A stretch of 20,000 nucleotides of DNA from IMG/VR virus record IMGVR_UViG_2875535316_000004; one strand, written 5' to 3'. The position numbers were made by a program, and so were the translations under genes. This document shows, piece by piece, positions 1 to 9,020 of this stretch. The DNA comes from an uncultured virus (IMG/VR IMGVR_UViG_2875535316_000004). Its lineage: Duplodnaviria > Heunggongvirae > Uroviricota > Caudoviricetes. Position 1 is the first letter of the stretch. The number at the start of each line of letters is the position of its first letter. The notes beneath the pieces are model-generated. The model did no database searches. It was not told the DNA's origin and worked only from the letters and a program-made list of their open reading frames with translations.

Positions 1-1942
1 CACCTTCATCAGCATGCTTTATTCATTGGAATACTTAGTTATGCATTTAAATGAAATGGCTTCAGGCACGATGCCGGGCGTATTAAATGACACTCTTGTT
101 ATGTTATCGGCATCGACCCTTTCCACTGATCCGCTATGGGATGGGCTCTGGGGAAAGGGTGAGCTATCTTGCGAGCCTGTTGACTTGAGTGTATTGAATT
201 ACTGCCCAATCGTTTATCACGACGACAAGCCTCACCCTCTGCTTTACATTCCAAGATTCTACCGAATTACTCGCATGAATGTAAAAATGCCAACCAATAC
301 TGGCGAAATAGCCCATGTAAACGAGCCTAGAGTCATAACAAATGATATCCGCTTAACGCAACTAATGTGTGAAACAGGCATTCGCCAGCACCATTTGATC
401 TGGTTGGATAGAGACGCGTATGACAAGTATGTCCCTGACAGTAAAAATCGACCTCTCGCTCCGCTGTACGTAAGCACCGACAAGGCTCACGGCCCTTGGA
501 GCGCAATTATTTCACGGTACGTCCTAGATTTATTGGGGCGACAACGCGATTGGTACGATAGCTGTTCGGATCCTAGTTTCGACGACAAGCTGTGGTATGG
601 AAATCAAAAGGACTCTCCATTTGGAATGCTAAGACCACTGTTCCGAACTCAACAATCTCCTGGATCTTGGACAAACTACCGCAGCTTTCGTCTGCTACTG
701 GTCGGCATGCAGTATCTTATCCGAATTCAGTTCAAGGACACCAAAACGCGAGAGCTGATTAAGTTTAAGTATGAACGAGGTATCCCCCCCACTTCAATCG
801 CACACCTTGAAATAGACGACCTCGCCAAGTTGTCACACTTAAAGCTAAATAGCGATATTACACCGCATGGACTTAGGGCCGGATTCGTGTCTGAAGCCAT
901 AAAATTCCTTCCGCCCTCCCTCATTGGACGGTACTTCACGGGGCAGAGTGAAAACCTCGTGTACTACTATCTACTCCTTCACGATGAAGGCGCGCTCAGC
1001 CATGACGAAATGCTATGCGAGATGCTAATGCGTAATCAAAGCAGGGTAATGGATGGGAATGCGCCACTAATGGCCAAAACCATTATTGAGCTCAACATGC
1101 GCTTACAGAAAGCCATTCTCACAAATCCAGACGAAGCTATTACAACGCATAGACTAATGAGTTTGTCACGCATCAAAAAAGCCCCTAACGGCCTTGATCT
1201 CATCAGAGCCAAAGATGTAACTGAGTTTGCCTTTAACGCCACACATATCTGCCCATTCAATAACACATGCCCTCAAGAAGTTATCCAAATGCTAGGGGCA
1301 ACGAATGCATGCGCTCTTTGCCCCTATGCCGTAAGAGGCGTCGAACACATTCCTGCTATCGGGGCTCAAAAAGACCAGTATAAGGAATTTATGGTAGGCA
1401 TTCTCACAATGATTCAGGAATTGCTTCGTCGAAAGCCGGATCAGCGAAGTGAGGAAGACATGGAAAAGCTTGAACGTGAGCACGATCATTATGCGCGTCA
1501 GGCCGTAATGCTTGAGGCCCTCGAGCTACAACTAATCGAAATGACTAATAACGGTCAAGCTAACGCTTTGATTGCGAAAAATGGTCAAGAAATAATCGGG
1601 CACTATAAAAAAATACAAATCGATTCTGACTCCAAGCTTTTGAAGAGGATCATTGATACTCAAAACTTCCCAGACCTTACCAGCCCCGACCTGGACTGCA
1701 GGCTTTCTGTGCTTCGGGGAACGTTGCTTATGTATCAAGGAGACATGAGAGAACATCTAAAAATAGGACAACATGATGATTTCACACCTTCCTCCAAGGC
1801 AGCCACTCTGATTTCAAGCCTAGTGCGAAATGAATCCATGAGCACGATGGAAATTTATAAGATCTGCGCATCCGCTGAGCAAATTTATCGAACTGAAATA
1901 AAACCAACCGCCGTAATCTCAAAATATTTGAGCGCAAGCTAA
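1..1942 (+). CDS. Large tyrosine recombinase/integrase (GmtZ/VPA1269-like architecture), 5'-truncated by the window
   Basis: The frame is open back to the window edge. Catalytic motifs: ETGIR (Arg), STDK (Lys), TPHGLR (HxxR), FTGQ...VYYY (Tyr). A C-terminal Cys cluster (CPFNNTC...CALCPY) is followed by a coiled coil. Confidence 0.75.
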   Translation, partial: TFISMLYSLEYLVMHLNEMASGTMPGVLNDTLVMLSASTLSTDPLWDGLWGKGELSCEPVDLSVLNYCPIVYHDDKPHPLLYIPRFYRITRMNVKMPTNTGEIAHVNEPRVITNDIRLTQLMCETGIRQHHLIWLDRDAYDKYVPDSKNRPLAPLYVSTDKAHGPWSAIISRYVLDLLGRQRDWYDSCSDPSFDDKLWYGNQKDSPFGMLRPLFRTQQSPGSWTNYRSFRLLLVGMQYLIRIQFKDTKTRELIKFKYERGIPPTSIAHLEIDDLAKLSHLKLNSDITPHGLRAGFVSEAIKFLPPSLIGRYFTGQSENLVYYYLLLHDEGALSHDEMLCEMLMRNQSRVMDGNAPLMAKTIIELNMRLQKAILTNPDEAITTHRLMSLSRIKKAPNGLDLIRAKDVTEFAFNATHICPFNNTCPQEVIQMLGATNACALCPYAVRGVEHIPAIGAQKDQYKEFMVGILTMIQELLRRKPDQRSEEDMEKLEREHDHYARQAVMLEALELQLIEMTNNGQANALIAKNGQEIIGHYKKIQIDSDSKLLKRIIDTQNFPDLTSPDLDCRLSVLRGTLLMYQGDMREHLKIGQHDDFTPSSKAATLISSLVRNESMSTMEIYKICASAEQIYRTEIKPTAVISKYLSAS

Positions 1943-1958
1943 GATTAAGGATAACACT

Positions 1959-2642
1959 ATGAAATCCTCGGATAAGTCTAGGTTTACGGCTTATATCAAC
2001 AGACGTACAGAGCACAATGAAAAGCTCCTGACTGTGGCGCTCCGCACCCTCGACCCAGAGAAGCACGATGATATAACTTCATACTGCAAAGCTCTGAGCT
2101 TGATAATTTCCGAACTGAGATTGGCAAAGTCGAGTGATGGGGGATCGCCATATCACGGCCGGCAAGTTCGCTCGCAAAGCTACACTACGTTGCTGCGCAA
2201 CCCTGCATATAGAAAATTGATTGAAGCCAAATTCTTTCAAGATGCACATCTGCCGACCGCTCCAATCAGCGAGGACATTGAATACTTGCACCTTGAAATC
2301 ACTCGACTCCAAGCCGAAAACAATCTACTGACAAACAAGGTGCTGCGCCTCGACTCGAAAAGCACTCACCAAGATATTGAAAACAATTACAGCACTGAAA
2401 CTCAACGACTTCAGCGCCAAGTACACGTCTTACTAAAAGCTTATAAAGGAGTCAGAATTAGTTCAAGAGGGGTTGTTGACGAGCGCTATGAAGACAAGCT
2501 GAACAGCAACTTGCTAGGACTTTATGGCATTTACGGACTAATCCTCACTCCGTCCGAGCTTAAAGAAATCGAAAGCGCTCAAAGGGAACTTCCCGAAGAT
2601 TTAAAAGTAAACCTAACCAAGTCTTTATCCCTCTTGCGCTAA
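1959..2642 (+). CDS. Integrase-associated coiled-coil protein (GmtX/TnpC-like position)
   Basis: 227 aa, 16 bp after the integrase, with SD AAGGA. Contains a TLLRNPAYRKLIE segment followed by a heptad coiled coil. Confidence 0.55.
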   Translation: MKSSDKSRFTAYINRRTEHNEKLLTVALRTLDPEKHDDITSYCKALSLIISELRLAKSSDGGSPYHGRQVRSQSYTTLLRNPAYRKLIEAKFFQDAHLPTAPISEDIEYLHLEITRLQAENNLLTNKVLRLDSKSTHQDIENNYSTETQRLQRQVHVLLKAYKGVRISSRGVVDERYEDKLNSNLLGLYGIYGLILTPSELKEIESAQRELPEDLKVNLTKSLSLLR

Positions 2643-3120
2643 CTCCTTATGCCATACCGTTAAGCTCTATCCGTGAGGATAGTGCTAAGGCTAGCTTAGC
2701 TATCAGATAGCACTTGATTAGGCAAACGCCTGGAGAATATATATATTTTGCACGCATCCAAGTGATAATTGGACTCGTAGCGTAATCACATCGCGCAAAT
2801 TCCCCCTTTCACAGACACCTTAATAGTGGCTACGGGACAAAGTCCGATATTTTACTGACGGTATGAATCTGCTCCTCTAGTTGCATCTGCCTCCTGTATA
2901 ATTTTATGACACCGAGGGATTTGTGCCTCGTCATAACAGATACGCCCATGAGAAAGCACGGGATTGACAAGCGAGCCCTGGGCGCACCTGCATAGTTCCA
3001 GATGAGGTCACACACTTTATCAGCGATCAGTCAATACATAGCTAGTTAACTTCATAGGTCACGATGGTGATGTCTTGATTGATAGCCAGCGAATTCTGGC
3101 GTGCCCCCTCGTACCGGGAC

Positions 3121-3207
3121 AGCTATCATAAACCGCGCTCAATCGGGCTCGGCGATCTGCTCTTACATCCTCACTGCCCCGCCCTCCTGGCTTCACGCTC
3201 CGCTTGC
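3121..3207. repeat. Degenerate copy of the conserved structured repeat
   Basis: agctatcataaaccg...ctcgg...catcctcac...cgctccgcttgc aligns with the copies at 8457, 9708 and 12601. A further 3' fragment lies at 3391-3411. Confidence 0.55.
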
Positions 3208-3245
3208 TTACGAGAAGCGTAACACAACGTAAGACGTGCTAGCCG

Positions 3246-3379
3246 TTTCGATCACGGGCCGCCCTGTGGCGCTCAAGAAGTGTCATTTCCTGCTGCCACT
3301 TTGACAGGAACTTCAGCCAGTCATGCAAGTAGGCACCTTCAGGTACCAGGGTTGAGCCGTAGCTTGCGCACATAAAGCG
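3246..3379 (-). pseudogene. Remnant paralog of the 3' part of the 9009..9431 gene
   Basis: 134-bp ungapped similarity to 9037-9170 (tttcgatcacgggccgc...gtagcttgc...aagcg). Confidence 0.8.
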
Positions 3380-3576
3380 TCCCTCCCGCTACGCCTCCGC
3401 GCTCCGCTTGCCCTTTCAGAGAGAAACCACATCAGCGCCTCCTTGAAGAGACCGCAGCACTGGACTCAGGCAGCTTCGACATTAGAAGATGGCCTTGCGC
3501 CATAGGCCTCGCTAGCAGTCTGCCTAGTCCGAGCCAGCTTACTATTCAAGTATCTCGTAGCGATCAGGTCAATTAT

Positions 3577-4273
3577 GTGAAAGCGTTTCTGAAGTACGCA
3601 AAGCGGATCGAGCAAGACGATCAGAAATCCGTGGCAAGCCGCAAAATGTGGCCAGCTATGGTGGAAAGAATCCACTTGATTTTTGAGGAGTTCAAAAAGT
3701 CACCTCTGGCGCACAACTATGGCTCACTGTATCTCCATGATGCCGCCCATGAAAAACTGAAACACCTGCCTCAGCATGCCTACCTTGGCCATTTGCAGCT
3801 GACCCGCGGCCTCAGGCGACTTGGGTTGAGTGAGCTGGTCACAAGCGAGGAAAATCCAGAGGGCTTCGTCTGAATCGTTTGGAAAAAGACGCTGCCATGT
3901 GGTTCGCGCAGTCTCCGTCGGGGGCTGTGTCTGTTCTCATTGCGCCATATAAATCTTCGCTGGCGAAAATGGTCGAAGAGAACATCATTCTTGGAGTTTA
4001 CTCGAGTCCTGAAAGCTAACTGGCAAGGTGATCAGGGGGCTGTTCTCTACGTTCTTCAGATATCTCTCCATAACGAGCGCCCACCGTCAACAGAGCGTGA
4101 GGGATTATGCCTGGCGGTTGTGGCTGATGTACAAGGATGCCAGGACAGAAAAGCACGAAGGGTTCATCAAATTGATGGAGAGGCTACTACTTGCCGCTGG
4201 TGCCGGAGCCTGTATCTGGGTGATTATCCCATCAGCTACGAACCCTGGAGCAAATGCTCAAGCGCAGCAGTAG
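3577..4273 (+). pseudogene. Hypothetical protein with a C-terminal hydrophobic segment, broken by two frameshifts
   Basis: 3577..3873 continues in another frame (RLNRLEKDAAMWFAQSPSGAVSVLIAPYKS...), then shifts again near 4015 into KLTGKVIRGLF... (4028..4273). Confidence 0.6.
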
Positions 4274-4446
4274 TCCGTAAACGCGGCCCCTCATGGCACT
4301 CAAGCATCAGCTCAGCCTGAACGCCTCTGCGCGAACAAGTGGCTGGAACTTGCGATGCCACGGCAGGAGGATGCCTCTCGTTGCACCCCCGCTCCCCCGC
4401 CAGATTCCCTATCGCTGAGCTCACCTCGTAAGGCCCGACCTGACCG

Positions 4447-5346
4447 TCAGCTGGGACTTTTATAGCCAGGGGCAAGCTTGGCAGTTTTAACACCATAGAG
4501 AGCCAGAGGGTCGCTCAACCAGAGTCGATATGCCTCGTCTGCAATGCTGTGATCTGCCGAGCAGTCCACGTGGTACTGCTGCAATACATACCCAGCCATA
4601 GCTGCACGCACACGCAGCTTGAGCACACCGTCAGGCATGTCGTAGTCCCGCATCATGATCTGAGCGCAATTTTTATCAGGATGCGGGACTAGGGGTAGAT
4701 CCAGCATCCGATTCCACTGGTCATCATTTTTGAGATTCTCTTTCTCCAGGGGCTTCTGCCCCTGCTGAATCTGGGCGGCTGTAATCCGAGCCAGCACGAA
4801 GTCGATGAAATCTTCGCGCTTCCTGTCGTAAGCCCTAACGTGCCAGCGCATACCATCACAGCTGATTGCGAAAGGCACAATTTCACGCTCAGATTCGCCC
4901 GAGGCCGACGTATAGCTGATTTTCACTACTCGGCTCAGGCTGATCGCTCGTGAAATCGGTGCAAGGATCTCTACTTTAGGCTGGCTGAGCAGCGAAACGG
5001 ACTCGTTGAGAATTAGCGGCTTCTCACCGTCCAGACTGTACCCGTATCCCTGCGTCAGAGCATAGAGCACTCGCTCAGTAGGATGAGCTACCAACGGGGT
5101 GAATGTTTCACGAATCACGTAAAGCTTGCTGACAGTGTCGAGCTCAGTATTGTGAGGAGCGATCTCACGATACTCAGCAAAATCTCGAGTAGCAGCCGCA
5201 GCGCCCAAACCGAATCGATCCATCAGGTCGTTACGCGAGACCACACCCGTGAAATACAGGCGAAAATCGATGTAAACCAGACGCTCCCGCTGTGCCCGGC
5301 TGTAGTCGCTCAAGTTACTCATGTCTACTCCGTCTTGCATTTCCAC
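4447..5346 (-). CDS. WYL-domain transcriptional regulator, BrxR/CapW-like (wHTH-WYL-WCX)
   Basis: N-terminal RERLVYIDFRLYFTGVVSRNDLMDRFG wHTH. WYL core REIVPFAISCDGMRWHVRAYDRKREDFIDFVLARI. The start may be the ATG at 5322. Confidence 0.9.
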   Translation of the reverse strand: MEMQDGVDMSNLSDYSRAQRERLVYIDFRLYFTGVVSRNDLMDRFGLGAAAATRDFAEYREIAPHNTELDTVSKLYVIRETFTPLVAHPTERVLYALTQGYGYSLDGEKPLILNESVSLLSQPKVEILAPISRAISLSRVVKISYTSASGESEREIVPFAISCDGMRWHVRAYDRKREDFIDFVLARITAAQIQQGQKPLEKENLKNDDQWNRMLDLPLVPHPDKNCAQIMMRDYDMPDGVLKLRVRAAMAGYVLQQYHVDCSADHSIADEAYRLWLSDPLALYGVKTAKLAPGYKSPS

Positions 5347-5403
5347 CGTCTTACCTATCTTGCACTCCGACCAAGAACCTGGCCGGTCGTTTCATCAGGG
5401 CTC

Positions 5404-5451
5404 ATCATAGCACACGATCGCTTGACCTAATCAAATTGATGATGATAGGCT
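5404..5451. promoter_or_regulatory. Overlapping divergent promoters with a central palindrome (candidate WYL operator)
   Basis: Plus strand: TTGACC (5422-5427)-N18-TAGGCT (5446-5451) with an extended TG. Minus strand: TGn-TATGAT (5412-5404). Palindrome ATCAA-A-TTGAT at 5430-5440. Confidence 0.5.
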
Positions 5452-5705
5452 TTGCGCACGGTGTCGATAGGCCCTAATTCATAGCACATGACGTGAGTCG
5501 CAATGGGCATGGATGGAGCAAATCAGCCAGAAACGAAAAAGCCGATCAAGTTCGCACCTTGACCGGCTTTAGGGAAAAGATATCTGAACAGGTTCCAGAT
5601 ATCTCTCGCGCTTTTGTTCAGAAAGCTCTGCGATGGTAGCCCTTGTGGCCTGCTGACGCAAGGGTAGCGAGTTCTGTGTTCGAGCCTTCTCAGAGGAGAC
5701 ACTCC

Positions 5706-5852
5706 ATGTCCCAACTCGAGATGTTCGATAAGCCCGAAGGCGAAGGCGAGGTCATCTACCGCATGACCATACGCACTCGCAACGGCAAGGTGATACGTCG
5801 CGCGAACGGCCAGCCGTTCCGCATCGTGATTCGCCCTAAAGCGGCCAATTGA
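5706..5852 (+). CDS. 48-aa basic small protein (MSQLEMFDKPEGEGEVIYRMTIRTRNGKVIRRANGQPFRIVIRPKAAN)
   Basis: Strong SD GAGGAGA at 5693-5699 before ATG 5706. A hairpin gggcac/gtgccc follows at 5876-5891. Confidence 0.75.
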   Translation: MSQLEMFDKPEGEGEVIYRMTIRTRNGKVIRRANGQPFRIVIRPKAAN

Positions 5853-5921
5853 TTTTGACCGCTTAACAGAGCTCGGGGCACGTTAGTGCCCTGCCCTCTC
5901 TCGCTACCTGATGAAAAATTC

Positions 5922-6341
5922 ATGAGCCTAGAGTTTTATGACCGCAAGGGTATGCCTGTCGCATACACCGATGACGACGAGCACATCTATTCATTTGATG
6001 GTCGTCCAGTCGCATACTTTTACAGTGACTCCGTTTACTCCTATCGGGGTCGGCACCTTGGATTCTTTAGGCGCGGGTTAATTCACGACAACGGTGGTCT
6101 TCTCGTCCTTATCACACCTGACTCAATGGGTGGCACGCTTAAGCCTCTCCTTCGTCCATTGCCTACAAAAGGCGCTCAACGAACGATTCCTACGAAGAAA
6201 ATTCGCAGATCTCTATCAGAATCGCCCGTCTTCCTAACCATTAGCTCGCGCATTTCTCCTCAGCAGTTTTTCCCTGAGGTATCAATCAAGCTGGTTTACT
6301 GCAGCAAGGCTCGCTTACCAGAATCGGCTTGCGCCCAGTAG
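5922..6341 (+). CDS. 4-fold beta-flower-like repeat protein
   Basis: Four repeats of the type FYDRKGMPVAY / IYSFDGRPVAY / VYSYRGRHLGF / IHDNGGLLVL, then a Pro/Lys/Arg-rich tail. Confidence 0.65.
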   Translation: MSLEFYDRKGMPVAYTDDDEHIYSFDGRPVAYFYSDSVYSYRGRHLGFFRRGLIHDNGGLLVLITPDSMGGTLKPLLRPLPTKGAQRTIPTKKIRRSLSESPVFLTISSRISPQQFFPEVSIKLVYCSKARLPESACAQ

Positions 6342-6389
6342 GACAGCAGCGGCTGGCCCTGCGCGGCGGGTATCTAAGAGGCGTTTGTA

Positions 6390-7004
6390 ATGGAAGACCT
6401 GGCGACAAAAATCATCCCACTGGTTCAGACGCTGATCCCTGGCTTTCTCACCGCCATGATTTTCTACTGGCTGGCAGATGTGAAAAAGCCTGGCCAGTTC
6501 GAACGCACAGTTCAGGCACTGATCGGTACCGGCCTGATAACCATGATGATCGCAGGTATCAAGGTAGGCCTGAGCTGGGTTGGTGAGCATTACTTCACGC
6601 TGGGTGAGTGGAGTCCCCAGGTAGAGAGTGTCTGGGGTATCGGTCTGGCGGTGGCGCTGGGTTTACTCCTGGCCTTCGCGTCAAACCATGACTACCTATA
6701 CCGGTTCGCGAGATGGCTGACTCTTACCTCTCGCTCCTCCTATCCGGAGTGGATTTATGCATTCCGCAAGCGGGAAGGCATGAGCGTCGTGCTGACCCTA
6801 CTCGATGGTCGTCGGCTGTTCGGGTATCCCGCAGTTTGGCCGACCGATCCTAAGGAAGGGCATTTTCTTATCACTCACCCGTGTTGGATGGACGAGAACA
6901 ACCAGTGGATAGAAACACCTGGCATTGAGAGCTATCTCATCGCCAACTGCGACGTCTACCTGATCGAATTTTTAGAAGAGGTAACCGAAAGTGAGCAACG
7001 ATAA
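6390..7004 (+). CDS. DUF6338-like membrane protein (3 N-terminal TM helices plus a soluble beta domain)
   Basis: SD GAGG. LIPGF motif, three hydrophobic helices, and C-terminal VVLTLLDGRRLFGYPAVWPTDPKEGHFLITHPCW. Confidence 0.7.
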   Translation: MEDLATKIIPLVQTLIPGFLTAMIFYWLADVKKPGQFERTVQALIGTGLITMMIAGIKVGLSWVGEHYFTLGEWSPQVESVWGIGLAVALGLLLAFASNHDYLYRFARWLTLTSRSSYPEWIYAFRKREGMSVVLTLLDGRRLFGYPAVWPTDPKEGHFLITHPCWMDENNQWIETPGIESYLIANCDVYLIEFLEEVTESEQR

Positions 7005-7131
7005 CCGACCTAAGCAGCATGTGCTTGAGCAGCGGGTTGCCAACGATGGCATGAACGTCAGCCCTCCGGCACCAACCAATATCCGCCCTAAAGCACCACC
7101 ACCAGCCCCGCCAAAAGCACCGAAAAAATAA
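6991..7131 (+). CDS. Pro-rich micropeptide 1 (46 aa: MSNDNRPKQHVLEQRVANDGMNVSPPAPTNIRPKAPPPAPPKAPKK)
   Basis: GTG start with SD GAGGT, overlapping the end of the DUF6338-like gene. Translated manually. Confidence 0.7.
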   Translation: MSNDNRPKQHVLEQRVANDGMNVSPPAPTNIRPKAPPPAPPKAPKK

Positions 7132-7140
7132 GAGGCCGAA

Positions 7141-7269
7141 ATGTACGAAGAAAGAGGTATATCGCCCCAACCGCGCCGGCCAAGTACCGGACAGTCAAGT
7201 CCATCTAAACCATTTGCCCAACGTCCAGCTACACCTCCGAAAGCCCCACCACCACCCAGCAAACGGTGA
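7141..7269 (+). CDS. Pro-rich micropeptide 2 (42 aa: MYEERGISPQPRRPSTGQSSPSKPFAQRPATPPKAPPPPSKR)
   Basis: SD GAGG immediately after the peptide 1 stop, ATG at 7141. Confidence 0.7.
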   Translation: MYEERGISPQPRRPSTGQSSPSKPFAQRPATPPKAPPPPSKR

Positions 7270-7274
7270 TCAGC

Positions 7275-7388
7275 ATGACCAATCAAACTGGCGGCAAGGT
7301 TCACGTCAATGACGGCATAAGCAAGCAGACAACCAGTCAGCGCCCGGCAGCACCACCAGCTGCCCCGCCGCCTCCTCCAAAGCGCTAA
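7275..7388 (+). CDS. Pro-rich micropeptide 3 (37 aa: MTNQTGGKVHVNDGISKQTTSQRPAAPPAAPPPPPKR)
   Basis: SD GGTGA overlaps the peptide 2 stop, ATG at 7275. Shares NDG[IM] and RPxAPP motifs with peptide 1. Confidence 0.7.
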   Translation: MTNQTGGKVHVNDGISKQTTSQRPAAPPAAPPPPPKR

Positions 7389-7550
7389 AGCTGTGAACAG
7401 AGGAAGAGGTGGTGTTTGGAATTAGGGACATGTGCCACGGATTGGCAAGCTTTCATGGCACTGATATCAGGCCCGGGAATCACACCGATGGTAGGATTAC
7501 GCGCCTCCTTCTGGACTCAGAAGTGTCTTTCCCCTGCGCTCGGAGCTCGC

Positions 7551-8372
7551 GTGAACAACCTAGACGTGCAGCAAATCCTTCCCTTCGTCATTACTGCAGT
7601 TAAGCAAGCTGGGCAGCTCCTAGCTCAGGAATACGTCCGCCCTAGTGGTCGCCGGGGCCACGGGGATAAGGCAGACATCGACCTTGAAATTGAGGAAACC
7701 CTCCGAGCCGAACTTCTGAAGCTCCTGCCATGCGATTGGTGGGGTGAGGAGACGGGGCATGTGTTAACGGGGAACAGCCTGTGCTGGGTGGTTGATCCGA
7801 ACGATGGCACTAGCGATTTTTTGCGTGGGCATGCGGGTTCAGCAGTGTCTGTCGGCTTGCTCCAGGAAAACTTGCCGGTACTAGGTGTTGTGCACGCACC
7901 GGTCACTGCCAATGGTGAGTCGGATTGCATTGCTTGGGCTGCCGGCATGGATCATCTGCTACGCAATGGCACGCCGATTCGGGTCGATCTTTCTCAACAA
8001 GATCTCGCCGACGGCAGCCTTGTAATGGTTAGCACTGCAGCGTCCGGTAAGCCCAACATCAATCGAGAGCTCTGCTCGCCTGGTGATTTCCACCCGATGC
8101 TGTCAATCGCTTACAGGTTGGCTCGGGTTGCTGCTGGGGATGCCGTATGTGGTGTTTCGCTCTATCCGGTGTCAGCTCACGACGTCGTTGCAGGTCATGC
8201 GTTGTTGATTGGCGCGAATGGGGTGCTGGTTGACGAACAAGGAGCTCCCATTCGCTACCAGAGTGAGGCAGAGATGCTTCGGGTATCCAACAGATGCTTC
8301 GGCGGAGCGCCAAGGGTATGTGCTGATCTGGTAGCTCGAGATTGGAGCAAGGTCTTTGCGAAAGATGCCTAA
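7551..8372 (+). CDS. Inositol monophosphatase family protein
   Basis: GEE and WVVDPNDGT metal-binding motifs, plus SAHDVVAG. Likely GTG start at 7551 after GGAG (ORF-track start 7416). Confidence 0.85.
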   Translation: MNNLDVQQILPFVITAVKQAGQLLAQEYVRPSGRRGHGDKADIDLEIEETLRAELLKLLPCDWWGEETGHVLTGNSLCWVVDPNDGTSDFLRGHAGSAVSVGLLQENLPVLGVVHAPVTANGESDCIAWAAGMDHLLRNGTPIRVDLSQQDLADGSLVMVSTAASGKPNINRELCSPGDFHPMLSIAYRLARVAAGDAVCGVSLYPVSAHDVVAGHALLIGANGVLVDEQGAPIRYQSEAEMLRVSNRCFGGAPRVCADLVARDWSKVFAKDA

Positions 8373-8456
8373 TGATGAGCAACAACCCTGTTAGCAGGAT
8401 CTGAATACCCTTTAAACCTAGCCTCTCGGATTTGTAGCGTGCCGCCTCTGGCGGAT

Positions 8457-8535
8457 GGCTGTCGTGAACCGAGCCCCGCCTGGCGGGTCTCGGCCCTGCC
8501 GGGCTTCCATCCTCACGCCTGCGCGCTCCGCTTGC
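8457..8535. repeat. Conserved structured repeat, copy A
   Basis: ggctgtcgtgaaccgagcc-[ccgcctggcgg]-gtctcggccctg..gggcttccatcctcacgcctgcgcgctccgcttgc. Confidence 0.85.
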
Positions 8536-8573
8536 TGGGAAGGCGCTAGGGCCGCCATGCAGGAGAGTGACGA

Positions 8574-8741
8574 ATGCTGACCATTATTCCCATGAGCCAA
8601 GCTCATAGGCGCCTCAGGCGCCTAGTAGCGCTAGTCGCCAAGGGACACACTTTTATCATCACCAAAAACGGCAAGCCGTTAGTATTGCTGGACGCGCCCA
8701 AACCATCCGATCAGCAAGAGCAGTAGCCAGGGAACTATGAG
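8574..8741 (+). CDS. Phd/YefM-like antitoxin (55 aa), orphan
   Basis: SD AGGAGAG. MLTIIPMSQAHRRLRRLVALVAKGHTFIITKNGKPLVLL matches the Phd N-terminal pattern (L..LV.....G..FIITK.GKP). Confidence 0.65.
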
Positions 8742-8831
8742 ACATAGAGAGCCTATGAGTCCGGATGCGGTTGTGAGCGTTTCCTGCAACCGCTGCGGCA
8801 AAGCATGTCACCCGGATGGAAAGGAGGTTAG

Positions 8832-9020
8832 ATGACGACCCACAATGACGATCAGCATGCAGCTACAGAGGCATATGAACGCAAGCAGGGTCGGGGTCGA
8901 CCTGAATTCCTGAACCAGGACACTCTTGATCGCGTGGCCCATGACCATGCGAAAGACCTCGTTGAGCTAGGTGCAAAATCAGCAATCCATCCCCTGCCAT
9001 CAACAGACTCAAAGGACTGA
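8832..9020 (+). CDS. Small hypothetical protein (62 aa)
   Basis: Perfect SD AAGGAGGT. Paralogous remnants occur at 12817 and 13167. Confidence 0.7.
   Translation: MTTHNDDQHAATEAYERKQGRGRPEFLNQDTLDRVAHDHAKDLVELGAKSAIHPLPSTDSKD

Noticed and set aside
6937..7304. Gly-rich minus-strand ORFs 6972..7304 and 6937..7170
   Set aside because: They are antisense shadows of the Pro codons. The plus-strand peptides have SDs, operon coupling and shared motifs.
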